Below the pieces are notes generated by a model, which searched no databases, was not told where the DNA came from, and saw nothing but the letters and a program-made list of their open reading frames with translations. Position numbers and translations under genes: made by a program. A DNA stretch of 64,000 nucleotides from a virus (Duplodnaviria; Heunggongvirae; Uroviricota; Caudoviricetes). The stretch lies in IMG/VR virus record IMGVR_UViG_2585427757_000006, one strand, 5' to 3'. Shown here in pieces: positions 27,561 to 37,800 of the stretch (position 1 is the first letter of the stretch; each line of letters begins with the position of its first letter).

Positions 27561-30500
27561 TCACAGACGGCCAATTCTTACTCGTAGGACGTTGTTATCG
27601 TCATAAACGTCAATCCGCTGACCATTTATAACCAATCGCCCATTGCCGCCGCTATTACCGTTGATCTCCAGCGTTCCATTTTTGCCGAACCGCCATCCAG
27701 ATCTACCGCTAACAAAATTGGTAGATTGCAGATCGCCTACTTTTGCATTGGTGATTGTGCCATCCTTGATATACGCTCCATTCATATAGGCGATACTGTT
27801 TTCGATAACAAATGGCGTTGTGATCTTCCCGTTAACAGAGTTGACCAAACCAAACCTGTCCGCCTGAACCAAAAACTGAGATAGCCCAGTGGTGTCAATA
27901 CCAAGCGCAATACCGGCAACATACTTCTGCCCTCCGCTCGTTGAAGTCTCCATTTTCAACGTCCACGCGGTTGACACTTTTTTGTTGGTATCAGCAATAG
28001 CTGTTGCCTGCTGTTGAATTGTCGCGGTATTTCCATTCACCTCTGCTTTCAGAGTATCGATTCGCCCACTCAGAGCATTATCTGCCTGCGTTCTCGCTTT
28101 CGTTTCAGTTGTGACCGCCGCGGAAATGTTGGCTGCCGTTTGAGACTCTAAGTTTGTGATTTGAGTCGCCAATGCAGCATCTTGCTCTGTACGCGTTTTC
28201 GTTTCGGTTGCTACAGCCGCTTTAATATCCTCTTTGTATTGAGAGGTCAGCTTGGTGATCTGAGACGACAACGCCGAGTCAGCATCAGTTCGAGCCTGCG
28301 TTTCAACTGCAACGGCCGCACTAATATCTTTCGCTGTCTGTGCTTTTAAACTTGAAACCTCTTTTGTTAAAGCGGTATCACCATCTGCACGAGCCGTTGT
28401 TTCTCTGGCAAGAGACGCCTTGAGATCATTAGCTTTTGCTGTAAGAGACGTAATCTGGGTAGACAATGCACTATCGGCATCAGTCCTTGCTTTTGTCTCT
28501 ACAGCAACCGCTGCGGCAATATCAGTTCCGGTTTGTGCTCGCAGGCTGTTAATTTCTCGTGAGAGCGCCTGGTCAGCACTTGCTCTGGCCTCCTGCTCCT
28601 GAGTGATGGCAGCGGATATATCACCGTCAACCTTTGACTGAAGCTGGTTTATTTGTTTGGCTAACGCAGAGTCCCCGCTTGCTCGGGCCTCCTGCTCACT
28701 ACGTATTGCAGCAGAAATATCATCATCAACCTTTGCCTGAAGTTGGGTGATCTGGCTTGCCAGAGCCGAATCTTCCGTTACTCGGGCTTCTTGCTCTTCC
28801 TTAATAGCTGCGACGATATCGTTGCTTACTTTCGACTCAAGCTGAGTGATCTGTGTCGTCAGAGCTTCATCGGCAGATGTACGAGCCTCCTGCTCTGTAC
28901 TAATCGCCGCGCTGATATCTCCTTCAAACTTAGATTGCAGCTGAGTGACACGCTTTGCCAACGCTTCATCGCCATCGGCACGAGCGGTGGACTCTTCCAG
29001 AATACTGGCCTTAATGTCTTCGCCAATTTCTACGCGAATTTCCTCAACCTTCGTGGCCATTGCAGACATATCATCAGCAAAGGTTTTCTGTGTTGTTGCG
29101 ATCTTCGCGTTATTGACCATCTGCTTGTGCTGGTCTTCATCTTGACGAAGAGCCAGGTCAATATTTGTTTTGGCCAAAGCCTCAATGTTCGTAGTCAGTT
29201 CTGCACTGGCACGATCGACCTCTGCAACCGTCTTTTTCATTTCTTCAACGGCAGCGGAGCTTTCCTCTACCGTTGACTGCAACACTTCCAGTTGTTTAGC
29301 GTTTGCAGCATCCCCTTCAACACGAGCCTCGCTTTCCTTAGCAATAAGAGCCGCCGCTTCGTCTCTTGCAGCCTTTATTGCCTCGACTGTATTAGCGAGA
29401 GCTTTATCGTGTTCAGATACGGTGTTTTCGATTTCAACAATTGCAGCATCAGTAGCATCAATTTTTTCAAACGCTTCATTGACCTTGTCGATCGTTGCCG
29501 AAACCTCACCTTTAAGCTCGGTTTGTGCGTTCTCCAAAGCATCGCTACGCTCGTTGAATTTTATTTCAAAACCCGCGAGGTTATCGCTGAACTGCTTATC
29601 TAATTCAGCTATATCTTCCTTAACGTCGTTTACCGACCCCTCCAAAGATTCGACGCTCTGGTTGATATGCTCATTTAACTCGTCAACTGCTTCTTGAGAG
29701 ACTTTGCTGTTGATGTCCTCAAGCAGAGCCTGACCAAGCTCGGAAGATGTAATTTTGCCAGTCAGGAACGACAGTACATCGCGAGTTGTCGCCTCTGTTC
29801 CCAAGTTTGAGTTCGGAGGACTTAACATACCTCGCTTGTTCGATGCTCGAACCCAGTAATACCACGTTTCGCTATCCCCAAGACCAGCATGTGTAAAGGT
29901 GGTGCTTGCAGACTCTGCGATCAGTTTCGCCGTATCCAGATTGTTGGTCTGGGATGCGTAAACATTAATGTGATCAAGGTCTACCGAATCTGGATTAACC
30001 CAATTCAGTATCACATTACGATAGTCTCCAACGGCCGTTAATGACGTTGGGGCATCTGGCGGTGTCATTGTGCCCAACACCTGATAAACGGTACTGATAA
30101 TCTCTGTTTTTTTACCGTTGAATGAAACCGCATACAGCTGGAAGTCGTAGCGTCCATTCTCCGCGACATTAACGATTTCGTATTGCTCTTCGGTTACACG
30201 CGCCGATTGCCAGTTCGATACATTGTTTTCATCAGAACGTCGCCAACTGATCCAATACTCTGGAGATTTCCCTTCCCATGTTGCAGTCAGTTTTACTGAC
30301 AGGTTGCCCGGGCTTGAGAGGTAAGTCCCTTCAGTGATTTGCAAATTAGACGGCTTGGAGTAAGTCGGGTCCAATACCGTCGTATTCTGCGGGATAAGCG
30401 TTGCACCATTGTCGATCGCCTCATATTTAGACGGATTGTTTTCAACAGCGGTGATGTCAAAGCTACCCGACGTTTCCCCCTGAGCGATGTTAACGATGCG

Positions 30501-32291
30501 AACGCGCATAGGTTCGAGATCTGGTTCTGTAATTGTCCAGACACCGTTCAAAACAGGCGTTTCCGCTGACGACAGGGCTTTTGAAAACGTAACCTTTGTT
30601 ATGTTTTCGCCAGTTTCAAGAACATCGCGCTCAACGATTTTGCCTTCCTGATTCAATATCCGAATAAAGCTGCCGCTTTTAGCTAACGACACAGGCGCAT
30701 CGAGAGTGATGCTGTTTTTGGTAAACTCCACAATTCGACCGGAGTTACGTTTACCTGCACGATATTTGTTCTGAATCAGAACGGTTTCACCAGGCATCAG
30801 AAATGAGGCGTCTAAGCCGGCAGTAAATGTAATTACATCCGACTCCATTCTGGCGGTATACAAAAGCCACAAACCAACTCGGTGAGCCTGGCCTCGGCTT
30901 GTACATCCAAATGCTACGACTTCTGTTTTACGCTCACCATAACGGCGCATTGCGTCCTGATCTTCAACGTATTCGATGTTTTGCTTATAACCGTCCTCCT
31001 TGTTGTTGTAGGTTACGAGCGCAACGGATGGGCGATCTTTACGCGCAGAACCTTTATAGGTAAACAGTCCATCTTTGACGTTGGAGTTGGTAAACATCAT
31101 TACCGGATCTGATGGGCTATCCTGCATGATGTTAACCATGCCACCAGCCCAAAACACCATGCCGCGGAATGCACCGGCAATATCCTGAATTAATCGGTAT
31201 GCGTCTTGTCGACTGGTGATCTGCGTATTGATTGCAAAGCGTTTCTCTTTACCCCCAAAGCCATCATCGACCTCTTCGTCACAATATCGACCAATCTGGT
31301 AGAGCTGGCCGAGGTCAATCATGGATTCCGACACAAATTGCCCAAGACCATACCGAGTATTGGTAAGCAAATCGTAGAGAATCCACGCAGGGTTTGAAGA
31401 AGACAACAGCTTAAAAGTACCGTCCCATACGCCGACATAAGTATTGGTGTATTCGTTGTAGTTTGACGGTACTCGGATTTTGATACCGCGCACCAAATAC
31501 GAACGGGAAGGCATTGTGCTACCAAACTGCTCTGAATTGACCTTCAAGCCAACAAGAGCAGAGTTAGGGTAGTTCATTGGCGTGTCGACAATCTCACCGA
31601 TGGAATCAACCCATGTGTCGTTGTAGAGGTACTGGCTACTATTATCATCTGTAAGACGAATCACCCTAACCTTGTATGCACGACCAGGCTTAGGCAGTTT
31701 CAGCTCATAGCTACGGTAATACACGCCGGTTTTCTTTGCCGTTAGCGTGATATCAACGCTTTTCTCACCTTCTGCCACTACATCAGAAAATGTTGCGTCT
31801 GCGTTGGCGATCTGGAATTTGTACTTCACCGTAGTGTCATTTGTATCGCCAGAGCTTTTATCAACGCTACGTAAAGAGGGGAATTTCATGATGACACGAA
31901 CGCGATCAGCTTCATCGTTATCGATTGAAACCGTAACGTCGTGGGTTTTTTTAAGGTGAATATTTACGGACTTAGGCGTTTCAACAAAATCAAAACCAGC
32001 CATTGGCGTCTGGTCTTGTGAGCCGTCACGAAAATCCCATGTAATACCGCTGAAGTTGGAAGAGCCATCTTCATTCAAGATCGGTAAATCGTCGATGAAG
32101 ATCGACTTTGCGCCATTTACCAGGCCACCGATAACCCCCTCGCCAAGAAGGTCGAGGATGGCTGCCATAGCACGAGAATTGACAGTATCATCAGCTTCAA
32201 CCGGGGTACGGCTGGAGCTTTTACTTTTCTTGCCACCAGCACCGGCAATAAGAAGCGGTAATTTTTTCTTCTTGAACTGTTCCATGTCCAA
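27561..32291 (-). CDS. gpJ-like host specificity / central tail fibre protein with C-terminal coiled-coil tandem repeats
   Basis: 1576-aa ORF; lambda-J-like N-terminus and position ahead of I/K/L/M homologues; about 12 tandem ~30-aa repeats (EQEAR..AD.AL..QI..L.SKV..DI.AAI). Confidence 0.8.
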   Translation of the reverse strand: MDMEQFKKKKLPLLIAGAGGKKSKSSSRTPVEADDTVNSRAMAAILDLLGEGVIGGLVNGAKSIFIDDLPILNEDGSSNFSGITWDFRDGSQDQTPMAGFDFVETPKSVNIHLKKTHDVTVSIDNDEADRVRVIMKFPSLRSVDKSSGDTNDTTVKYKFQIANADATFSDVVAEGEKSVDITLTAKKTGVYYRSYELKLPKPGRAYKVRVIRLTDDNSSQYLYNDTWVDSIGEIVDTPMNYPNSALVGLKVNSEQFGSTMPSRSYLVRGIKIRVPSNYNEYTNTYVGVWDGTFKLLSSSNPAWILYDLLTNTRYGLGQFVSESMIDLGQLYQIGRYCDEEVDDGFGGKEKRFAINTQITSRQDAYRLIQDIAGAFRGMVFWAGGMVNIMQDSPSDPVMMFTNSNVKDGLFTYKGSARKDRPSVALVTYNNKEDGYKQNIEYVEDQDAMRRYGERKTEVVAFGCTSRGQAHRVGLWLLYTARMESDVITFTAGLDASFLMPGETVLIQNKYRAGKRNSGRIVEFTKNSITLDAPVSLAKSGSFIRILNQEGKIVERDVLETGENITKVTFSKALSSAETPVLNGVWTITEPDLEPMRVRIVNIAQGETSGSFDITAVENNPSKYEAIDNGATLIPQNTTVLDPTYSKPSNLQITEGTYLSSPGNLSVKLTATWEGKSPEYWISWRRSDENNVSNWQSARVTEEQYEIVNVAENGRYDFQLYAVSFNGKKTEIISTVYQVLGTMTPPDAPTSLTAVGDYRNVILNWVNPDSVDLDHINVYASQTNNLDTAKLIAESASTTFTHAGLGDSETWYYWVRASNKRGMLSPPNSNLGTEATTRDVLSFLTGKITSSELGQALLEDINSKVSQEAVDELNEHINQSVESLEGSVNDVKEDIAELDKQFSDNLAGFEIKFNERSDALENAQTELKGEVSATIDKVNEAFEKIDATDAAIVEIENTVSEHDKALANTVEAIKAARDEAAALIAKESEARVEGDAANAKQLEVLQSTVEESSAAVEEMKKTVAEVDRASAELTTNIEALAKTNIDLALRQDEDQHKQMVNNAKIATTQKTFADDMSAMATKVEEIRVEIGEDIKASILEESTARADGDEALAKRVTQLQSKFEGDISAAISTEQEARTSADEALTTQITQLESKVSNDIVAAIKEEQEARVTEDSALASQITQLQAKVDDDISAAIRSEQEARASGDSALAKQINQLQSKVDGDISAAITQEQEARASADQALSREINSLRAQTGTDIAAAVAVETKARTDADSALSTQITSLTAKANDLKASLARETTARADGDTALTKEVSSLKAQTAKDISAAVAVETQARTDADSALSSQITKLTSQYKEDIKAAVATETKTRTEQDAALATQITNLESQTAANISAAVTTETKARTQADNALSGRIDTLKAEVNGNTATIQQQATAIADTNKKVSTAWTLKMETSTSGGQKYVAGIALGIDTTGLSQFLVQADRFGLVNSVNGKITTPFVIENSIAYMNGAYIKDGTITNAKVGDLQSTNFVSGRSGWRFGKNGTLEINGNSGGNGRLVINGQRIDVYDDNNVLRVRIGRL

Positions 32292-32302
32292 AAAATCCTT
32301 GA

Positions 32303-32893
32303 TTACATAAGCTGGTCGATGGTGATAGAAGAACTCACGACCTGTGAGCCAACTAAAATTTCCTCGCCATAGATAAGCTGTACAGGGTTCCCCTGGTTTG
32401 TTGTGTTTTGAGGTCCATCAAAGTAATAAGAGTTCGAGTTATCCGCCTGCCTCACACTTTCGTTAGTGGCTTGCGGAGATATGATTTGCGCTATACCGCC
32501 CATCATCAGTGACAAACCGAGAGGCGCAAGAGCGGGCACCCATATCGAGGCAACCATTAATACTGCTCCAACAACCGTCTGAAACCATCCAAAAGCAGAT
32601 CCACCGCTTCCTCGCGGAACAGGTGTAATGCGGATTTTGGCTATGTTGTCAGACTGCCCCATCATCTGATATTCACTCTCGTCCACAGACCACTTGTGGC
32701 CCTGTTTATTGGTGATCTGGATGTGGTATCTGTCATAGGTTTTGATGTTGCGCTTCATCCATGCTTTAAACCCAGGCTTGTTGGCCTCAATTAAATCCAG
32801 AGCCTGTTTTGTATTGCGCACCTTTAGATGCCAGTGGCGGCCAAAATGTTTGGCCATAGGACCGCCAAGCTGCACATGAACTAACTCAGACAC
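32303..32893 (-). CDS. tail assembly protein I-like
   Basis: 196-aa ORF between J-like and K-like genes; C-terminal hydrophobic segment. Confidence 0.65.
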   Translation of the reverse strand: MSELVHVQLGGPMAKHFGRHWHLKVRNTKQALDLIEANKPGFKAWMKRNIKTYDRYHIQITNKQGHKWSVDESEYQMMGQSDNIAKIRITPVPRGSGGSAFGWFQTVVGAVLMVASIWVPALAPLGLSLMMGGIAQIISPQATNESVRQADNSNSYYFDGPQNTTNQGNPVQLIYGEEILVGSQVVSSSITIDQLM

Positions 32894-33705
32894 GTCTCAT
32901 CTCCCTTGAGCAAGTCTCTGTGACGCAAGTGATGCGTCGTATGTTTCTGATACATCCCGCCGTAATAAGCACGACAACTAAGGCGGTCGATCTGGTGATG
33001 AAGAATCATTCCATCGCCGATATAAACCGCACAGTGGTCAGGCATTTTTCCGTATTGGATAAAGAAGACGTCCCCACGTTGAGGTTCTGTCCCGGGCGCA
33101 AGCCGTACCAATCCTTCGTTTCGGTAGTTCTGGTCGAGAATGTCGTTATCGCCGGTGTACCACGATGGAATATGCAGGTGTGCGTTCGGGTTTAGTTCGA
33201 CGTTAAACTCACGCTTCAAATAGTCCCGACACAACATCCAGCAATCGAATACGCCAAATACATACGGTCTGCCCAGGTATGGCATTTCGAAACCATCAGG
33301 TGTGATCACATTCATCTCGCTAAAATGGAAAGGGGCATCTCCCTCAACATTCTTGCGAATAGCCAGAATCATCCACGGAACTTCCGTCGCTTCGCAGCCT
33401 GCACGATCGGCATCAGATGCTTCTGCTGATTCATCAGTATGTGAATGCCAGATTGCGATTACGTCACCTGCATCCTCTGCCGCTATAATGTCGTCAACGT
33501 GCATTACAAAAGTGTTCTGCGGGTTCTCCGAAACATTTCGCGCTTCCATAAAGCGATATTTGTCGCCATTAGTTCTCACCAGAAAGCCACACGCTTCATT
33601 AGGGTAGCGATTTATGGCGCAGAGATAGATTTGCTGCATAACATCAGAGCCAAGCTCAGGGATTGCTTTATTACCCATATCGCGTAGCTCCAATAAACCC
33701 GCCAA
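32881..33705 (-). CDS. tail assembly protein K-like (JAMM/MPN plus NlpC/P60 domains)
   Basis: JAMM motif HSHTDESAEASDAD; Cys/His NlpC/P60-like region. Confidence 0.75.
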   Translation of the reverse strand: MAGLLELRDMGNKAIPELGSDVMQQIYLCAINRYPNEACGFLVRTNGDKYRFMEARNVSENPQNTFVMHVDDIIAAEDAGDVIAIWHSHTDESAEASDADRAGCEATEVPWMILAIRKNVEGDAPFHFSEMNVITPDGFEMPYLGRPYVFGVFDCWMLCRDYLKREFNVELNPNAHLHIPSWYTGDNDILDQNYRNEGLVRLAPGTEPQRGDVFFIQYGKMPDHCAVYIGDGMILHHQIDRLSCRAYYGGMYQKHTTHHLRHRDLLKGDETCLS

Positions 33706-34369
33706 AATGGATCACTCCGTTGGCAAAATAATTCCGACGCGCATTACAGGCGTCATAACGTTTTGTGCAGTAATCAGCACCAGACATAGACGTCTGCTGG
33801 TTATTTTTGTCGAAATATGGACCGGTATAGCCGCATTCTGGCCCTCGGTATTTCCACGGGCAGGTGTTTTTAATGATCTGACGATACGGCAGTTGCACCC
33901 CCATCAAATCGAACACACTGGACAACTCAAACTCGACAACCTGATGAGTTTCGAGCGTTTTCTGTTCGATAAACCACATTTCATCCGGGAAATGTTGGTT
34001 TGGATCTGCTGTTGGGTTGCCGTCTTTAAAATTAACGGCATCGAGGAAGCGAGCCAGCGTCATCTTGCGAATAATGCGGCAGCCAACAAGATCGTCGTTC
34101 GCCTGAACTTCCGCAGAGACGGTTCCGGCAAAGTTCGATACCTGAATTTTTGGACGTGGCAACGTTCCCTGGCCAGTTTTGTCAAAGCCTGATGCTTTGA
34201 TTGGCCACGGCTCGTATGTCACTCCTTGCCAGACGACCGGTTGCATCAGTTCGTTTGTTCCGGCGTGGAAGAATAGCTTCCCCCCTGAAGTTGTGTTCGA
34301 CATATCCAGTACGAACAACTCAATGAGTGCAGAGGGAGATAAGCTCTGAATATCAGCTTTAATTCCCAT
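33671..34369 (-). CDS. minor tail protein L-like
   Basis: 232-aa ORF (same length as lambda gpL); conserved Cys cluster near C-terminus. Confidence 0.75.
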   Translation of the reverse strand: MGIKADIQSLSPSALIELFVLDMSNTTSGGKLFFHAGTNELMQPVVWQGVTYEPWPIKASGFDKTGQGTLPRPKIQVSNFAGTVSAEVQANDDLVGCRIIRKMTLARFLDAVNFKDGNPTADPNQHFPDEMWFIEQKTLETHQVVEFELSSVFDLMGVQLPYRQIIKNTCPWKYRGPECGYTGPYFDKNNQQTSMSGADYCTKRYDACNARRNYFANGVIHFGGFIGATRYG

Positions 34370-34451
34370 TGTTTCATCCTTGATATAAGTAGGCGCTAAA
34401 ATCCTGTTAGCGCCACAATGATAGTAAATTAGTACTTACTTATCCAGATGC

Positions 34452-34787
34452 TTAAGCCTCAAATACTTGTCTGAATGTAGCAGTTAAGACACAGTACCCC
34501 TGATATCGCTTGACCGTATGACTGTCACATACAACTACAATCTGCTTGCCTCTTGGATTAACCCAATAGAACGATTCAACACCTGATCGCTCAGTCAGGA
34601 AATCATCGATTGCATTAATTTCGTTGTATGATCTGGTAAAGGTTAACGACCATTCTTCTTTAATACGATTAAGACCTTGAGCCTGTCGCTGCTCGTAGTC
34701 ATCACCAAAATTAAGTACCGTTACATTCGGTTTTACGCTCTTTTCAGATTCGTAATCTGGATACCAATTAAACGTTTGTCTTTCCAT
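34452..34787 (-). CDS. minor tail protein M-like
   Basis: 111-aa ORF directly downstream of tape measure gene. Confidence 0.7.
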   Translation of the reverse strand: MERQTFNWYPDYESEKSVKPNVTVLNFGDDYEQRQAQGLNRIKEEWSLTFTRSYNEINAIDDFLTERSGVESFYWVNPRGKQIVVVCDSHTVKRYQGYCVLTATFRQVFEA

Positions 34788-34829
34788 CTCACATCCTTGT
34801 GAGACTGCCCCGGTCGGGGCAGTCGATAG

Positions 34830-37800
34830 TTAGTTACGTTGAGTGTTTGGGTTGAGTGATCCGCCAGGGCGTTTCTCTTGAGCGATAGTCTCAAGCGCGA
34901 TTGCTTTCATCCGTTGAGCGGCATTGTTCCATATGCTTTCTGTATCGCCGGATTCTGTCGTGCTACCGTCACTATGGACGTTGATCTCAATTGATACAGG
35001 AGAAAGAACATTTCCGCCTCCACTCATACCATCGGTACTGAGCGTTACAGGGATTGTTCGACCATCAGGCAATGGAACATACGCCTCATTCATATCGCCT
35101 TCCCCAAACAACGCCAATTGAGGTGAGTTAGCAATACCGCCTTTCTGGTATGCCCGGAGCGGGATCACGCCGTCTTTTCCGAATATTCCTCCATTTGCAA
35201 ACTTCGGGATTGCAGGAATGCCTTTAGTTCCGTCAGCCACACTGCTGGTTGCGGTTTTAGCAGAGCTTGATGTCACGCTGTCGAAACCACCGCCAGCCCA
35301 AGCTGAAACAAGACCAGATGCAACCGTTGCTCCAAAACTCAACCACTTATTACCAGAGCCGGAAGCATTAGCTCCAAGCATTGCAAACGCGGCAGACAGC
35401 GCGCCGGTAACAGAGCTGAGGTTCTGCATCGAGAAGATGGAGTCCTTCACGGCTTTTGTCTCGGCATCTTTGGCTTCAGTGCTATCAAATAGCCCCGATA
35501 CCCAGCTACCAATCGCATTTGTTGCAGTGCCAATTGCGCTGGTGGTCTGCTGTGTTGTTTGCCCCAATCCAGTTACCGAACTGGACGTCTCCTTCGTGGC
35601 TTCTCCTACCGACTTGTCGCCGTTAACAGTGTTGCCCATTCGTACCCCTTGATTGGCAACGGCGGAAGCAACCCCGGTCAGCAAATTACCACTCTGTGAA
35701 CTACCAGCTGCGGTGGTTCCCATCCCCAACATGTTCATTAGAGGCAGCGTGATCTGCGACTTCACGACCATATTGGTGATATCTTTCAAAATGGACTGAG
35801 ATAGGCTGGAGAAGCTCATCTTCCCGTTAATAACGAAATCAGTCAGGACATCAGTTAAGCCACTAAACAAATCAGTCCAGGTGCTTTCGATCTGCTCTGC
35901 CAGGTTTTCGTATTCCAGTGCCAACTTCTGCGTCGCAGTCCCCGTCTCTTTAATAAGCGCGGTATTGCCAGCAGCAATCAGTTGATTGATTTTCTTTGTA
36001 TAAAGCGCCACAACTTTAGGATCAGACGCCTTATCACGAAGTTCTATCAACGCTTTGAGATTGCGGTTGTAGGTGTCTTCGAAATCAGCAACTTTCTCTT
36101 CACGAGACGGCGTATAGCCAGCACTAATAATGGAATCCGCCTCCGGTGCCCAAGTGGAGATCATCTGCTCAACATTGCGGCGATTAAACATCTCGCGATA
36201 TTCAGGTGTCGCATTTTTGAGGTCTTCAAGACGTTTTTTCGCCTTGTCGATCATCTCTTGAGTGATGAACTCGTTAGGAACCGCATTAGCCAAATCCGTC
36301 AGCGATTTCGTTGTATCGCGTAGAGACTGATCAAACGATACCGTAGCCTTAGAGCTTTCACCCATTTGCCCCATAAGCTGATCGGCTTTATCCAGAGCCT
36401 TCTGGTATCCGGCTGCCAGTTTCTGTTGCGCTGCCTGTTCTTTCTTGGCCGCACGCTGCGAGGCATTAGCTGATCGTTGGGCTGCTTTCTCGGCGGCTGC
36501 GGCATCCTGTTCACGAGCTTTAGTCAGTGCGGCAATGGCTGCGGTACGCTCTTCATCGCTCATTTTCTCCAGAGAGCTGGCACTGGATGCTTTCTGCAAA
36601 TTAAGCTGCGTCTTGAGTTGTTTAGGCCCAATAATCGGCTTACCTTCGAAGTCCATCATCGGAGTGCCGTCAGGCAAAGTACGTTGATAAGTCGCAGAAT
36701 CCATCTGGTTTCGCATGTATTGCGCCAGCGCCTTCTGAGCAGCTTTATCAGTTGTACCTAACCCAAGAACAGTCCCCTGGTTTGACATTACGCCCTTACC
36801 AGTTTTGGCCGCGTTATCTCTCTCGAACTCTGCCTGAGTAAGTTCCTGAGCAACGGCTTCCAAATGCTCCTGATAACCACGAATACTGCCTTGCAGTTTC
36901 TGGATTTGCTCGGTATTGCCATCCTTTTTGGCTTTTTCAAGCTGATCATTAAGAGTCGCAATTTGCTTCTCGGTCGCATTCTTACGAGAAGAAAGTGAAT
37001 CAACCAGTTTTTGCGCAGGCTCCAGATAGCTTTTGTTTACCGTTTCACGTAACGGTGCCAATAGCTTGTTCTTTTCGTCATCTGAAAGTGAACCGTCATC
37101 ATTGATTTTCTGGATCTTATCCAGAGCCTCCTGCCGGGCTTTCACGAATGTTGCCGCGAAAATCTGGTTTTCCGCTCGAATTTTCTCAATCTGAGATTCG
37201 GCAGCCTCTTTAGCCAAACGCTTTGCTACAGCGCCGTCACCAAGAGCTATCGTGCCGGTTATCTTTTGATACTCTTCCTGATTTTTTTTCAGGCGTGCTT
37301 CGATGTCAGCCTTCGACTCTTTGTGAGTAATAACACCGGCAGAGTTAGATACGTAATTAACACCCTCACCAGTTTTTAATGCTCGTTGATCAGCAAGAAT
37401 CTGCTTTTCGAGCTTTTCTGCGCGGTCGGCCATTTGTGCACGTTTGGCCGCTGTCATCGCTTCTGGTATTTTCCTAATCTCGTCAACGACCTTTGAAGTT
37501 TCGCTGCGGAGCATGGTCATGTACGTGATTAGGCCAGCAACAGCTACAGTGGCAACTGTAAATGCTGCCCCTATAGGGTTTGCTACAATGAACGCCGTTA
37601 ATCCAGCAAAAGCGCCTTTAAGCCCCGTAATCGCCCCACGGATGGCGAAAATAAGAGAGGGGATCGGAGCCAGCCCCATACGTGCCGCACGATTGAATCG
37701 AGTTACTGCTGTAGCGCCGAGGTTAAATGGAGTCTGTATGGCGGTCGCCATCGTGGCAAAGGTGCTAACCATCTGGCTCCCAGCGCCAACTACCCCCATG

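Noticed and set aside
28161-29697. Plus-strand ORFs within the gpJ-like gene (e.g. 28743-29276, 29170-29697)
   Set aside because: Antisense artefacts of the coiled-coil repeat region.
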